Of a stretch of DNA of 62,711 nt, positions 19,392 to 29,569 are shown in pieces. Where the stretch lies: assembly GCA_913051185.1 (NCBI GenBank), contig CAJXBM010000004.1, forward strand, positions 1 through 62,711, given 5' to 3'. A program made the translations under genes and the position numbers. A model generated the notes under the pieces. That model searched no databases and was not told the DNA's origin. It saw only the letters and a list, made by a program, of their open reading frames with translations. Source of the DNA: an uncultured Chloroflexota bacterium. Lineage in GTDB: Bacteria; Chloroflexota; Dehalococcoidia; UBA2979. Position 1 is the first letter of the stretch, and each line of letters begins with the position of its first letter.

Positions 19392-19490
19392 AGATTCTTC
19401 CTTAAATGATCCCAAAAAACGTTATTACTAGGTTATCAGTCACTGGTGATAGGTCCAGAAGTAGAGCAAATCTTCAGATCGAATTTCAAT

Positions 19491-19922
19491 CTAAGGTGCA
19501 AAACTAGATCGGGCTTGAACCCCCCATCTCCCATCAATCAAGGCAACGATCCAAAGTGACGGATAATGCCCTATCGAGGTTCCATCCTTGCGATATCTTG
19601 TAAATTGAACAGCAAAATGCACTTTATCTTCTTTGCTTTGAACGGCTCTACGATAATCCCACAGACTATAATCCCATCCCGTGTTTTCAATAAACGATTT
19701 AAAGAAATCCTGAGAACGCAGCCGATCTTTTTCCAAAATCGTAATCTGACCACTTGCGATTCGAGCGTGTGGAAAATGAAATGCTGCATCCATTCCTTCA
19801 ATATCACGATTATTCCAAGACTTCATATAGAGAGTGAGTGCCTCCAAAGCCGCCTTCTCTGGCTCCGAATTCACCACAATATCGACCGAGTGTTCGCTCT
19901 CATGATCATGATTATCTAACAT
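19491..19922 (-). CDS. NTF2/SnoaL-like fold protein, hypothetical
   Basis: YMKSWNNRD..HFPH, KVHFAVQFTRY, DGRWGVQARSS; AGGAG before ATG 19922. Confidence 0.65.
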   Translation of the reverse strand: MLDNHDHESEHSVDIVVNSEPEKAALEALTLYMKSWNNRDIEGMDAAFHFPHARIASGQITILEKDRLRSQDFFKSFIENTGWDYSLWDYRRAVQSKEDKVHFAVQFTRYRKDGTSIGHYPSLWIVALIDGRWGVQARSSFAP

Positions 19923-20339
19923 TCTCACTCCTATCCATTCACATGCAGAATATCGTCTCATCAATCACAGCCGTTAGCCTAGAGATATCCATCCGAAAAA
20001 TTACCCCACTAACCTATTTTCATGCCCCAAATAAGTCTACAATTCCGTCTAAGTCGATCAAGATTCAGAGTACAAATTACCCACTGGGGCCTATTTCTAA
20101 ATGAATGGTCAAACACACACCGAGCACGGCTGTCCGCTATCTCGCCAGATTTCGGGGTCGCATCTTGCCACGTGCTACTTAATTAAAGCCGCAGAGATAC
20201 CTCGTTAGGTCCCAGATAGTAGTCCCAAAGTTAGCACGTTAACTAGATCGTAGATCATGCGTTAGCAGACCCACAGAAGACTTATAGGTAGTTCATATAT
20301 GCAAACATTAGCGCAGTTAATAAGACTCATATAATCATA

Positions 20340-20509
20340 CTTTTTATTGTATTCTCAATAAATAAAAAAATTCATCATCTATCTCACTTTTCATTTTTAT
20401 TAGATATTTTTCCTTATATTAAAATATGTAAATGGGTAACTAACACAATATAATTCACCGTAACAATCTTGGCGTTAATATACATTTAATTATATCTTTT
20501 TATTGTATT
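20340..20509. repeat. 14-bp direct repeat CTTTTTATTGTATT x2 (20340-20353, 20496-20509) in an AT-rich intergenic core
   Basis: Read directly from the sequence; 156-bp spacing. Confidence 0.6.
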
Positions 20510-20749
20510 AATACTTCTAGAACCGTAATTTTTACCGCCGCGCGAGATCTATTAAACATTAAAAACTTCAGTGAAAAGCCCCTCTATATCAAAGAAACTA
20601 ACGGGTGTCTTAAGGAGCAAATAATTAACTTAAGTGACGGGCACCTACTCCATTAAGCAACTTAGAAAATACTTTCAAACTAAAAAAGAAAGATCGCTAG
20701 GATTTCCACCTCTAGAAAACTTCACTTAACAAACCTCCACCGCCTCTGT

Positions 20750-21067
20750 CACTCAATCGCTGACAAATCCTCACAAAAACGCACCAGAACGTCGATAGCG
20801 GAGACTTTTTAGAGTTTAGATACTAATTTACGTTCAAAACGCGCTTCGCAAGACTATTTATCACCAATTTGTTATCAGTCAGTCATCGCTCGAACGTAAT
20901 TAGCACTCAATCAGCAGTCTGGGCTTTAATCAAGAATGTCGCATGAACCGGAAGCCTCTAGCTCAAATGTAGATTGGTTCACTAACAGCAAAATACATCA
21001 TATCTACGAATAAAATACCTAGCGTCGCAATTCCACTTAGACTATCCAAATTGACCACTCAATCAGC
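20750..21067. repeat. Direct repeat CACTCAATC(A)GC x3 (20750, 20904, 21056) upstream of the methyltransferase gene
   Basis: Read directly from the sequence; spacings 154 and 152 bp; function unknown. Confidence 0.6.
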
Positions 21068-21094
21068 GCACGTGGCACGACTAGGACAACACAC

Positions 21095-21979
21095 ATGACT
21101 TTATTGATTGATGGCGGAATGGGACAAGAACTCCGCGCAAGAGGATTGAATCCTGATGCCAAAACTGCCGGTCAGGCGCTCATTGATTCACCAAAAGTAA
21201 TCCAAGAAGTCCATGAAGAATTCATAAGTGCTGGCGCGGAAATTATTACCGTCTGGAACTATGCTCTGACCAAGCATCGTCTTGGGCTTTCGAATATGGC
21301 TAATATGATTGATGAGATGACCCGCATCGCCGTTGAGATGGCTAATGAAGCTCGGGAACGCGCCGGAAATTCCAAGGTCAGAATCGCCGGCTGTTTGCCT
21401 CCTCTGCGCGAAAGCTATCAAACGAACAATCAAGAGGTCAGTTCGATGATCGAAGAATATACTGAGATAGCCAGGTGCTTAGCTCCCGGAGTGGACTTAT
21501 TTCTCTGTGAAACCATGTCGAGCGCTGCAGAAGCTGCGGCAGCGGCAAAGGCGGCATCTATATTTGGGAAACCAATATGGGTGTCGTGGACTCTCAGAGA
21601 CGAAGCTGATGGGCTACTTCGAAGTGGTGAAACTCTGGATGATGCGCTCGCAGCACTGGATGAAATATCGATCGAGGCTACGCTATTAAACTGCTGTGAT
21701 GTTACTGCGGTCGGAAATGCCATGCCATCTCTCAGAGCCAAGACAACGCATTCAATCGGCGCATATGCTAATGCATTTACCCCGATTTCCAAGGACTGGA
21801 AACGTGACGGTAATCACTTCCGTGAATTACAGGATCTCACCCCAGAGACTTATGCAGATCAAGCTTTACTATGGTGCGCAGACGGAGCTGAAATCATCGG
21901 TGGCTGCTGCGGTATTGGACCGGCACACATTGCTCATCTACGTGAACGTATCGACAAGGGTATGTGGGCTGTAAGTTAG
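21095..21979 (+). CDS. Homocysteine S-methyltransferase family protein (Zn-dependent, stand-alone)
   Basis: LIDGGMGQEL, FISAGAEII, DLFLCETM, LLNCC, IIGGCCGIGP.HI. Confidence 0.9.
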   Translation: MTLLIDGGMGQELRARGLNPDAKTAGQALIDSPKVIQEVHEEFISAGAEIITVWNYALTKHRLGLSNMANMIDEMTRIAVEMANEARERAGNSKVRIAGCLPPLRESYQTNNQEVSSMIEEYTEIARCLAPGVDLFLCETMSSAAEAAAAAKAASIFGKPIWVSWTLRDEADGLLRSGETLDDALAALDEISIEATLLNCCDVTAVGNAMPSLRAKTTHSIGAYANAFTPISKDWKRDGNHFRELQDLTPETYADQALLWCADGAEIIGGCCGIGPAHIAHLRERIDKGMWAVS

Positions 21980-22214
21980 GTTGAGAGGACCGTCTAGGAA
22001 ACCTAATGTAAATATTCAGTGAGATGGCCTCAAACTATATGCAAATACGACATATCTTTTGCACTATGTTGCTCTTCGTCGTCCGCCATAAACAAAAAAC
22101 CAACCGCATAGCTTAGTCAACTAAAAACCTTCACCTTGTTATTTCACATATTATTGCTCAGAGTATGATTCAATGCAGACCACATGAAAACATTTCACTG
22201 CGGAGGAAGACACG

Positions 22215-23579
22215 ATGTCACTCGAGCTAAATACTGAAATCATCGATTCTCTCATCAAAACCCTGAGGGAATTGGTTGTGATACCGTCGATTAGCCTAGA
22301 GGGGCCAGATTCGCCAGCAATGAAAAAATGTGCTGACGTAGTAGCGGAGCAATTTCGTTCTCTAGGAGCTTCTGTGGAAATGCTTGACGTGGCAGGCGCA
22401 CCATCAGCAGTGTTTGGGGAATTCAAATCGACCAACGGCAACGCCCCAATGGTACTTCTATACAGTCATTATGACGTTCAACCTGTGGGAAATATCGACG
22501 ACTGGTCCTACCAGCCATTTGAGCCAGTCGAACACGATGGGCGGCTATACGGGCGTGGCGCTAGTGATGACAAATCAGGAATCGTGACACACCTGGGAGC
22601 CATCCAACTACTTTTGGATGACCAACTCCGATTACCGTGTCACGTGAAATTTCTTATCGAAGGTGAAGAGGAACTTGGGTCACCACATGCCTCAACATTT
22701 ATTGAAAAGTATGGCGAAAAATTAAATGCAGATGCCGTAATAATCGCGGACTCATCCCACTGGTCAGTCGGACAACCGGCTGTGACTTCCTCACTGCGGG
22801 GTGTCGTAGACTGTGTGCTCAGGGTGAGATCTCTGAATGCCGGGGTACATTCTGGCGAGTATGGCGGTGCAGTTCCCGACGCATTGATGTCGATATCACG
22901 AATAATTTCCACACTCCATGATGATGACGGAGCGGTTGCCATAGCTGGGCTAGTGTCTTCGATAGAAAGCGACGTTGATATCACCGAGCAAGAAATGATT
23001 TCGAAAGCTGGCGGGGTCACCCAACTACAAACAATTGGACGGGGTCAGGTTCTTTCCCGAATATGGGCGCAGCCGGCCATTTCAGTACTTGCCATTGATG
23101 CGCCGAGGATAAGTGAGTCTGTTAACTTGATCGTCCCAGAAGCGTCCGCCAAGATAAGCATGCGTATACCTCCGGGGCAGAGTGCTGACGACGCTTTGAC
23201 TTTGTTGAAGGAGCATCTACTTTCTGTGGCTCCATGGGGAGTGTCAGCTACAGTGACGCCCGGATCGATAGCTGAAGCATTCAGCGCTGACCTCAGTGGA
23301 CCGATCACTCAGGCTTTCGAGAACGGAATGGCCCATGCCTGGGAAAGGGCACCAAAAAGAATCGGGCTTGGGGGCTCCATCCCTCTAGTAGCTGATTTGC
23401 AACACCTTCTTCCGAAGGCAGAAATTATAATCACGGGTGTTGGAGAGCCCATCAGTCGAATTCACGGACCGGATGAAAGTCAGGATCTTGGAGAACTCCG
23501 AAAAAATATTCTCGCAGAGGCGCATGCATTAAAAACTGTCGGTTCTATGAATCACAATGCTGAACCCGATAAAAAATAA
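22215..23579 (+). CDS. M20/M25/M40 family dipeptidase
   Basis: LLYSHYDVQP, LYGRGASDDKSG, EGEEELGS, HSG.YGG, IHGPDE. Confidence 0.92.
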   Translation: MSLELNTEIIDSLIKTLRELVVIPSISLEGPDSPAMKKCADVVAEQFRSLGASVEMLDVAGAPSAVFGEFKSTNGNAPMVLLYSHYDVQPVGNIDDWSYQPFEPVEHDGRLYGRGASDDKSGIVTHLGAIQLLLDDQLRLPCHVKFLIEGEEELGSPHASTFIEKYGEKLNADAVIIADSSHWSVGQPAVTSSLRGVVDCVLRVRSLNAGVHSGEYGGAVPDALMSISRIISTLHDDDGAVAIAGLVSSIESDVDITEQEMISKAGGVTQLQTIGRGQVLSRIWAQPAISVLAIDAPRISESVNLIVPEASAKISMRIPPGQSADDALTLLKEHLLSVAPWGVSATVTPGSIAEAFSADLSGPITQAFENGMAHAWERAPKRIGLGGSIPLVADLQHLLPKAEIIITGVGEPISRIHGPDESQDLGELRKNILAEAHALKTVGSMNHNAEPDKK

Positions 23580-23690
23580 CAGTTTTTTATATCAACTAGT
23601 GATAAGTTCACCACAAACGCTCACGCTCAAAGCTCCGATCTCAGAATCACAAACCGAAATCCCTTGTGAACGAAGGACGTTAAGAAAGAA

Positions 23691-23766
23691 TGGTACCCTC
23701 GGAGAGATTCGAACTCCCGACCCGCGGATTAGAAGTCCGCTGCTCTGTCCCCTGAGCTACGAGGGC
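23691..23766 (-). tRNA. tRNA-Arg (anticodon TCT)
   Basis: Reverse complement GCCCTCGTAGCTCAGGGGACAGAGCAGCGGAC-TTCTAA-TCCGCGGGTCGGGAGTTCGAATCTCTCCGAGGGTACCA: cloverleaf, GTTCGAA T-loop, encoded CCA, 76 nt. Confidence 0.96.
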
Positions 23767-23896
23767 ATATCTGCCAATTTATTCTAGCCTCGAATGCAGT
23801 AAGTTTCTTACTCGCAACAAAGTGTTCAATGGATAGAACACTCGGACGTAAGAGACTAATCTATCTATTAGATAATAAAACAGCAAGGATAGGTAC

Positions 23897-25327
23897 ATGA
23901 GTGAAAAGAAAGAAGCACAGGATCAGGATGTGGCACTCGATGTGCTTAGCTGGCATCATGCTCGGTATCCAGAGCTTGCGCAACGTCAGGAAAACTTAAA
24001 GAAGTTTGCCAGTCCTCTTACCCGATTCATACAAACCGAGACTTCAAGCGCAATCGTTCTCTTTCTTGCTGCAGTTTTCGCATTGCTGTGGGCAAACTCG
24101 TCTTGGTCTGATCAGTACTTTGACCTTCTGCACGCTCATATACATGTGGATGTTGGGTTTTGGGAACTCAATGAATCCGTTCATTTTTGGGTGAATGACA
24201 TTCTAATGGTGATCTTTTTCTTTTTGGTTGGACTCGAAATAAAGCGCGAAATAGTCGCAGGCGAACTCGCTAACCCGAAGTCCGTTATGGTTCCAATAGT
24301 GGCAGCGGTAGGCGGAATGGTGGTGCCAGCTCTGCTGTACGTCTGGTTAAATACCGGAGGTGATGGTCTTAATGGTTGGGGTATACCGATTGCAACAGAT
24401 ATAGCATTCGCGATCGGAGTCGTAACTCTTGCTGGTTCTCGCATCCCTTTCTCACTGCGAATTATGCTCCTGGCATTGGCAGTAGTTGATGACATCGGAG
24501 GCATTCTCATAATAGCCATCTTCTATACCGAAGAACTGAATCTCATCCCACTAGTTATGGCTGGAGGCACTTTACTAGTGGCCTATGTAGCTCAAAGGAA
24601 TGGACTCTGGTATACGCCCATTTATATTGCTCTGGGCATTCTCGGCTGGGTCGCGATGCACGATGCAGGTATTCATCCAACGGTAATAGGTGTTGCATTC
24701 GCTCTCCTTACCCCTTGGCAGTCTTGGTACTCGAGAGAAGGATTTGTAGAAGGCGCAGAGCAAGCCCTAGGAAAATATAAAGAGTCTGCCGGTTCTGTAA
24801 CAACTGCAGAGCAAGAGGATAGCGAGCACAGCGGAGAGGTAGGTGCGCTCATTCAGCTCCATGAGGAAGCTAGTCGGGCGCTTTCACCGCTTGATCGACT
24901 CGAACACTCACTACAACCTATCGTGGCGTTTGGAATCGTGCCAATATTTGCATTTATCAACTCCGGTGTAATGCTTAGTGGTGACGTCATAAATGATGCA
25001 ATTGTGTCTCCAATAACACTTGGCGTTGGGATTGGCCTTGTATTTGGTAAACCAATTGGAATATTAGCTTTCACCTGGCTGGCGGTTCGCTTGGGCGCCA
25101 CCCTTCCAACAGGAATGAATTACCTAGCTGTCATAGGTGTAGGATTGCTCGCCGGTATCGGGTTCACCGTATCTTTGCTAATCGCGGATTTATCGTTCCC
25201 TGGCTCAGCTCAAATGCTAGATCAGGCAAAAATAGGCATTATAGTAGCCTCGCTACTTGCTGGATTGTCGGGATTCATAATACTGAAGATTGCCTACCGT
25301 GGAGATAAGATTCAAGAACCCAAATAA
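23897..25327 (+). CDS. nhaA: Na+/H+ antiporter NhaA
   Basis: WVNDILMVIFFFLVGLEIKRE, GWGIPIATDIAFA, LAVVDD, GKPIGI, GIGFTVSL, AKIG. Confidence 0.95.
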   Translation: MSEKKEAQDQDVALDVLSWHHARYPELAQRQENLKKFASPLTRFIQTETSSAIVLFLAAVFALLWANSSWSDQYFDLLHAHIHVDVGFWELNESVHFWVNDILMVIFFFLVGLEIKREIVAGELANPKSVMVPIVAAVGGMVVPALLYVWLNTGGDGLNGWGIPIATDIAFAIGVVTLAGSRIPFSLRIMLLALAVVDDIGGILIIAIFYTEELNLIPLVMAGGTLLVAYVAQRNGLWYTPIYIALGILGWVAMHDAGIHPTVIGVAFALLTPWQSWYSREGFVEGAEQALGKYKESAGSVTTAEQEDSEHSGEVGALIQLHEEASRALSPLDRLEHSLQPIVAFGIVPIFAFINSGVMLSGDVINDAIVSPITLGVGIGLVFGKPIGILAFTWLAVRLGATLPTGMNYLAVIGVGLLAGIGFTVSLLIADLSFPGSAQMLDQAKIGIIVASLLAGLSGFIILKIAYRGDKIQEPK

Positions 25328-25398
25328 TACAATACATTCAATAAGTTAAATAATCGACTTTAGTCTCGCAAAACGCACATACAAAAAAGGAACAACAA

Positions 25399-26562
25399 AT
25401 GAACTTTCAACTTAGTGAAGCGCACACCCTCATAAAAAATAATGCCGCCCGCATTGCAAAAGATGTCATTGCCCCAAGAGCAGCCGAAGTTGATAGAGAT
25501 GCGGAATATCCTGAGGATTATTTTCAAGCTTTTAGAGATGCTGATTTACTCGGCATAACGTTACCGGAGGCTGCGGGTGGGGCTGATGCAGGGACTCTTG
25601 CACTCGCCATCGCAGTTGAAGAAGTTGCAAAATACGATTGCAGTGCAGGTCTTATGTTATTGCTCTCATCCTTATCCACCCACACAATTAAGTTTTTTGG
25701 CACCGAGAGACAGCAAAAGGAATATATCGGGCCTGTAGCCACGGGACAGAAAAAAGGTGCATTCTGTCTAACAGAACCTGATGCGGGCTCAGATGTTGCA
25801 AACCTTCAAGCACGAGCAGTCCGTGACGGGGACGACTATATTATCAATGGACAAAAAATATATATATCTGGTGGCCCGGTGGCCGATCAAGTTGTTGTAT
25901 TCGCCAAGACTGACTATCCAGATCCCAAATCTCTGAATGCATTTGTTGTTGATACGACTATGCCTGGGTTCGAAGTTACTTCAATTGACAGAAAAATGGG
26001 TGTCCGTGGTCTACCCACTGGGGTACTAACTTTCGACAATGTTCGAGTTCCTAGAGAACGACTAGTAGGAGAGACAGAGGGTATGGGCATGAAGGGCCCG
26101 CTGGCCACATTAAATTCGCTCAGACCAGTTGTTGGGGCCCGGGGAGTTGGATTAGGTGAAGGTGCTCTTATGTACGCTCTTGATTATGCTCGACAACGGC
26201 GAGCATTTGGTAATGCGTTAACTGATATTCAAGCAATTCAAATGAAACTAGCTGAGATGGCCATCGATATCGAGGCTGCACGCTTATTGGTATACCAAGG
26301 ATGCGAACTCGTTGATGATGGTAAATTTGGACCGGCAGATGGACATATGCTCAGCATTGCAAAAGCATACGCGACGGAAATGGCTAATCGAGTAGCCAGT
26401 GAGGCGATACAGATACTTGGCGGTCAAGGATACATGGAAGACCATCCACTAGAACGACACTACAGAGACGCGAGACAGCTAATGATTGTGGAAGGAACTA
26501 GTGAGATCCAACGTGTTGTGATTGCAAAAGCTCTTATCGATGGCAATCTGAGTTACAACTAG
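25399..26562 (+). CDS. Acyl-CoA dehydrogenase
   Basis: AFCLTEPDAGSD, INGQKIYIS, KMGVRG, RQRRAFG, QILGGQGYM, IVEGTSEIQR. Confidence 0.94.
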   Translation: MNFQLSEAHTLIKNNAARIAKDVIAPRAAEVDRDAEYPEDYFQAFRDADLLGITLPEAAGGADAGTLALAIAVEEVAKYDCSAGLMLLLSSLSTHTIKFFGTERQQKEYIGPVATGQKKGAFCLTEPDAGSDVANLQARAVRDGDDYIINGQKIYISGGPVADQVVVFAKTDYPDPKSLNAFVVDTTMPGFEVTSIDRKMGVRGLPTGVLTFDNVRVPRERLVGETEGMGMKGPLATLNSLRPVVGARGVGLGEGALMYALDYARQRRAFGNALTDIQAIQMKLAEMAIDIEAARLLVYQGCELVDDGKFGPADGHMLSIAKAYATEMANRVASEAIQILGGQGYMEDHPLERHYRDARQLMIVEGTSEIQRVVIAKALIDGNLSYN

Positions 26563-26574
26563 CACAATTGCTTT

Positions 26575-27717
26575 CTATCGTTCACAATATCTTTTAATAA
26601 GAGCTTCGGTTGCAAGCGCTACACGGTCACTCGCATGCATCATGGCATCCGCTATCTCCACGACGGAGGCGGATCGTGACACTAATGCTTGAGCATCATC
26701 CAGCAATATCGGCATTTCATTGACTTGTCCCGCGATCGCGAGACAAGGAATGTTCGCCTCTTTTGACAGGCCCAGCACATGCGACACAGCTTTTCCATAA
26801 CTTGTCTGTGAATCCAATGATCCCTCACCAGTAATAATTAAATCTACCTCTGACATCTGTGCCTTGAGTCTCACTACATCACTAACGAGTGATGCGCCTG
26901 ATTCAATCGTCGTTTCTGGAATAGCTGCAATAAGACCACAAGGGAGGCCACCACCAGCCCCAGTTCCATCTCGTTCAGCGACGTCAACATTCAAATCAAT
27001 ACTAATCTGGTTTGCAAAAATTGCTAACGCCTCTTCAAGAGCTGGAGCCTGCCAATCCCGCATACCCTTCTGTGGACCAAATACGGAAGTTGCACCAGTC
27101 GGTCCCAACAGCGGATTTAGCACATCGACTGCTATTCGAAGTCGAATCTGACTTAACTTTTTATTTGACGACAAAAGAATTCTTTCGAGCCGGACCAAAT
27201 GCAATGGATGATTAGGTAATTCAACCCCAGCAGGGTCTAAAAGACCCACACCTAACGCCTGAGCCGCTCCTGCGCCGCCATCGTTTGTGCATGTGCCCCC
27301 TACACCTAAAATTATTTCATTAACGCCCTGTTCAATAGCATCTAAAATAATCTGTCCAACTCCATAAGATGTAGCTTTCGTCGGATCAAGATCTTCGAGT
27401 CGAACATCAGCAAGAGCTGTAACGGAGGCTTGTTCAATAACGGCAGAATTACCTGTATCGTTCTTGATGATTGCGTATCGTGCCTCCACAGACGCGCCAA
27501 ATGGCCCCATAACTGTTCGATTTACAAATCGACCACCTGCTGTTTCTCCGACTATATCGACTGTGCCTGGGCCACCATCAGCAAGAGGTTGAATGATTAA
27601 CTCAGCCGAAGGAATAACTGATTTTACACCCTGAGCAATAGCCCTTGATACCTCACTAGCTGTTAAGGAGCCTTTAAATTCTTGTGGGCATATAAGAATA
27701 CGTTTCGGAAACATCAT
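26575..27717 (-). CDS. glxK: Glycerate kinase (GlxK/GarK family)
   Basis: ILICPQEFKGSL, PLADGGPGT, SYGVGQ, GVGGTCTNDGGAG, GAGGG, ITGEGSLDSQT..GK; ATG 27717 overlaps the upstream stop. Confidence 0.9.
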   Translation of the reverse strand: MMFPKRILICPQEFKGSLTASEVSRAIAQGVKSVIPSAELIIQPLADGGPGTVDIVGETAGGRFVNRTVMGPFGASVEARYAIIKNDTGNSAVIEQASVTALADVRLEDLDPTKATSYGVGQIILDAIEQGVNEIILGVGGTCTNDGGAGAAQALGVGLLDPAGVELPNHPLHLVRLERILLSSNKKLSQIRLRIAVDVLNPLLGPTGATSVFGPQKGMRDWQAPALEEALAIFANQISIDLNVDVAERDGTGAGGGLPCGLIAAIPETTIESGASLVSDVVRLKAQMSEVDLIITGEGSLDSQTSYGKAVSHVLGLSKEANIPCLAIAGQVNEMPILLDDAQALVSRSASVVEIADAMMHASDRVALATEALIKRYCER

Positions 27718-27908
27718 TATGCCGGAGGTCCTAAATATAATTCGGGCCAAACTAAGCGAATAATAGATCCAATGATTATTGCAGCCACCCAAGCAAAACC
27801 AACTATTCGAACATACCGCATGATGCCTTTTAACCTGCTGGGATGAAAAAACATAAGATACAGTAAAAAAAGGCCTAGGATTCCGGTCAATATAAACAAG
27901 AGGCGCAT
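27717..27908 (-). CDS. Small two-helix membrane protein (63 aa), hypothetical
   Basis: Two hydrophobic segments; AAGGA RBS; stop/start overlap with glycerate kinase. Confidence 0.6.
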   Translation of the reverse strand: MRLLFILTGILGLFLLYLMFFHPSRLKGIMRYVRIVGFAWVAAIIIGSIIRLVWPELYLGPPA

Positions 27909-27991
27909 ATCGAATTCCTTACGTGTACCGCAACGCTAATGTTCGCTCTACACTAACTTTCTACGAACAAGTGTAGAACTAGAGGTGAAAT

Positions 27992-28759
27992 ATGGGCGAA
28001 TTAGATGGGCGCAAAGCCTTAGTGACCGGCGGTAGTCGCGGAATTGGTCGCGCGATTGTGCACCGACTGGCATCTGAAGGTGCTGACGTTGTTATTAATT
28101 ATCACAGCAATCAGAAGGCTGCCGAAGAGATAGCTTCGGAGGTAATCAAGTTAGGGCGCAAAGCTGAAATCATCATGGCTGACGTGTCAGATCAAAGCGA
28201 AGCTGAAAGACTTGCAACTGAGTCAATCACAGCGCTAGGCAACATTGATATTCTGGTGAACAATGCCGGCATTGGTGCGACAGCTGTGGGTCGACCGCAT
28301 GTAGCGGCTGCAACTCCAGATGACTTCTACCGCTTGATGGCTGCGCACGCATTTGCCTCGCATGACCTATGCCGCATGATTGTTCCACAAATGCGAGAAT
28401 CAGCACGTGGCGACGTAGTAATGATTTCTTCGATCGCCGCGCAATCATTCGGGCCTACCGGTGGTACTTATTCTGCGGCTAAAGCCGCAATGGAAGCCGT
28501 TGCATATAGTCTGGCAAAAGAAGAACGTGCAAATAATATTCATGTCAATATCGTCGCACCAGGACTTATCGAAACTGATATGGCAGAAGACATGGTCAAG
28601 TTTCTTGGCCGTGTTAAGGACAGCATCACTGAGCTTGCCGATGACTCCCCATTCGGTCGTCTTGGATACCCTGAAGATATTGCGGGATCAGTCGCATTTT
28701 TATGCTCCGAAAGAGCTTCGTATATTACAAACCAGCGGATTACTGTAGCTGGTAGTTAG
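27992..28759 (+). CDS. SDR family oxidoreductase
   Basis: TGGSRGIG, NNAG, S, YSAAK, VAPG. Confidence 0.93.
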   Translation: MGELDGRKALVTGGSRGIGRAIVHRLASEGADVVINYHSNQKAAEEIASEVIKLGRKAEIIMADVSDQSEAERLATESITALGNIDILVNNAGIGATAVGRPHVAAATPDDFYRLMAAHAFASHDLCRMIVPQMRESARGDVVMISSIAAQSFGPTGGTYSAAKAAMEAVAYSLAKEERANNIHVNIVAPGLIETDMAEDMVKFLGRVKDSITELADDSPFGRLGYPEDIAGSVAFLCSERASYITNQRITVAGS

Positions 28760-28770
28760 GGATAATTTAA

Positions 28771-29535
28771 ATGACAAATAATACCGAAAATCGTACTGCA
28801 TTTGTCTCTGGAGGTAGTCGTGGCATTGGCAAGGCAATTGCTCTAGGACTGGCAAAATCTGGATCAGACGTTGCCATAAATTACACCCGTGATAGGGAAG
28901 CAGCAGAAGAAACAATCGCAGAAATTAACGCTCTGGGAAAAATTGGTAAAGCATACCAAGGTAATGTTGCAAATTTTGAGGATTGTCAACGAATGGTTGA
29001 TTCAGCCCTTAATGACCTCGGTGAAATATCAATTCTCATCAATAATGCGGGTGTCGCAAGCAGGGGATCAACTATTACCGAAACAAACCCCGAAGAAATC
29101 AGAAAAGTGGTTGGAGTCCATGTATTTGGAACGCACAATTTATGCCATTTGTTAGTGCCGCAGATGCGAGAGGCTAAACGAGGTGATGTCATAATGATTT
29201 CATCAGTTGCTACCGAGTCACTCTCCGGGCGCGGTGCTCCCTACAACATGGCCAAATCTGCTCAAGAAGCGATCGCTTTTACTCTGGCTAAAGAAGAAAG
29301 AGTCCATGGGATACGAGTTAATATAATAGGTCCGGGTTTGGTAGAAACTGACATGGGTAGGCGTTTAGTTAAAGCTACACGAGGTGTGGAAGATATTCGT
29401 GAGCTAGACGAAGGATCGCCTTTTGCCAGGGTGTGCCAACCCGAAGATATTGCGGATGCAGTCGTGTTTTTCTGTTCAGAAGATGCTGCCTATGTGACAG
29501 GGCAACGGTTATATGTAAATGGGGGCAGCTTCTAA
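28771..29535 (+). CDS. SDR family oxidoreductase (paralog of upstream gene)
   Basis: SGGSRGIG, NNAG, YNMAK, IGPG. Confidence 0.93.
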   Translation: MTNNTENRTAFVSGGSRGIGKAIALGLAKSGSDVAINYTRDREAAEETIAEINALGKIGKAYQGNVANFEDCQRMVDSALNDLGEISILINNAGVASRGSTITETNPEEIRKVVGVHVFGTHNLCHLLVPQMREAKRGDVIMISSVATESLSGRGAPYNMAKSAQEAIAFTLAKEERVHGIRVNIIGPGLVETDMGRRLVKATRGVEDIRELDEGSPFARVCQPEDIADAVVFFCSEDAAYVTGQRLYVNGGSF

Positions 29536-29569
29536 CCTGTAAAAAGTAGTCGCAAGTGGATCCGAGCAA

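Noticed and set aside
19838-20104. 88-aa ORF entering the large intergenic region
   Set aside because: Overlaps the opposite-strand NTF2-like gene, has no RBS and no recognisable motif
20750-21067. Repeats as a CRISPR array
   Set aside because: Repeats are 11-12 bp and spacers ~140 bp, outside CRISPR dimensions; no cas genes in the window
20166-21077. 10-bp inverted repeat TGCCACGTGC / GCACGTGGCA as mobile-element ends
   Set aside because: A 10-bp match is expected by chance in a region this size; no target duplication or transposase remnant
19965-21094. Calling the AT-rich region oriC
   Set aside because: No TTATCCACA-like DnaA-box cluster seen and no dnaA/dnaN nearby; kept only as an untested hypothesis
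20860-21094. SAM or cobalamin riboswitch upstream of the homocysteine methyltransferase
   Set aside because: Could not find the conserved SAM-I or cobalamin core motifs by eye; an Rfam scan would settle it
19965-23766. Genomic island integrated at the tRNA-Arg 3' end
   Set aside because: No integrase and no duplicated tRNA 3' end (att site) found in the window
23557-23787. 76-aa ORF (..GTLGEIRTPDPRIRSPLL..)
   Set aside because: It is the antisense reading of tRNA-Arg
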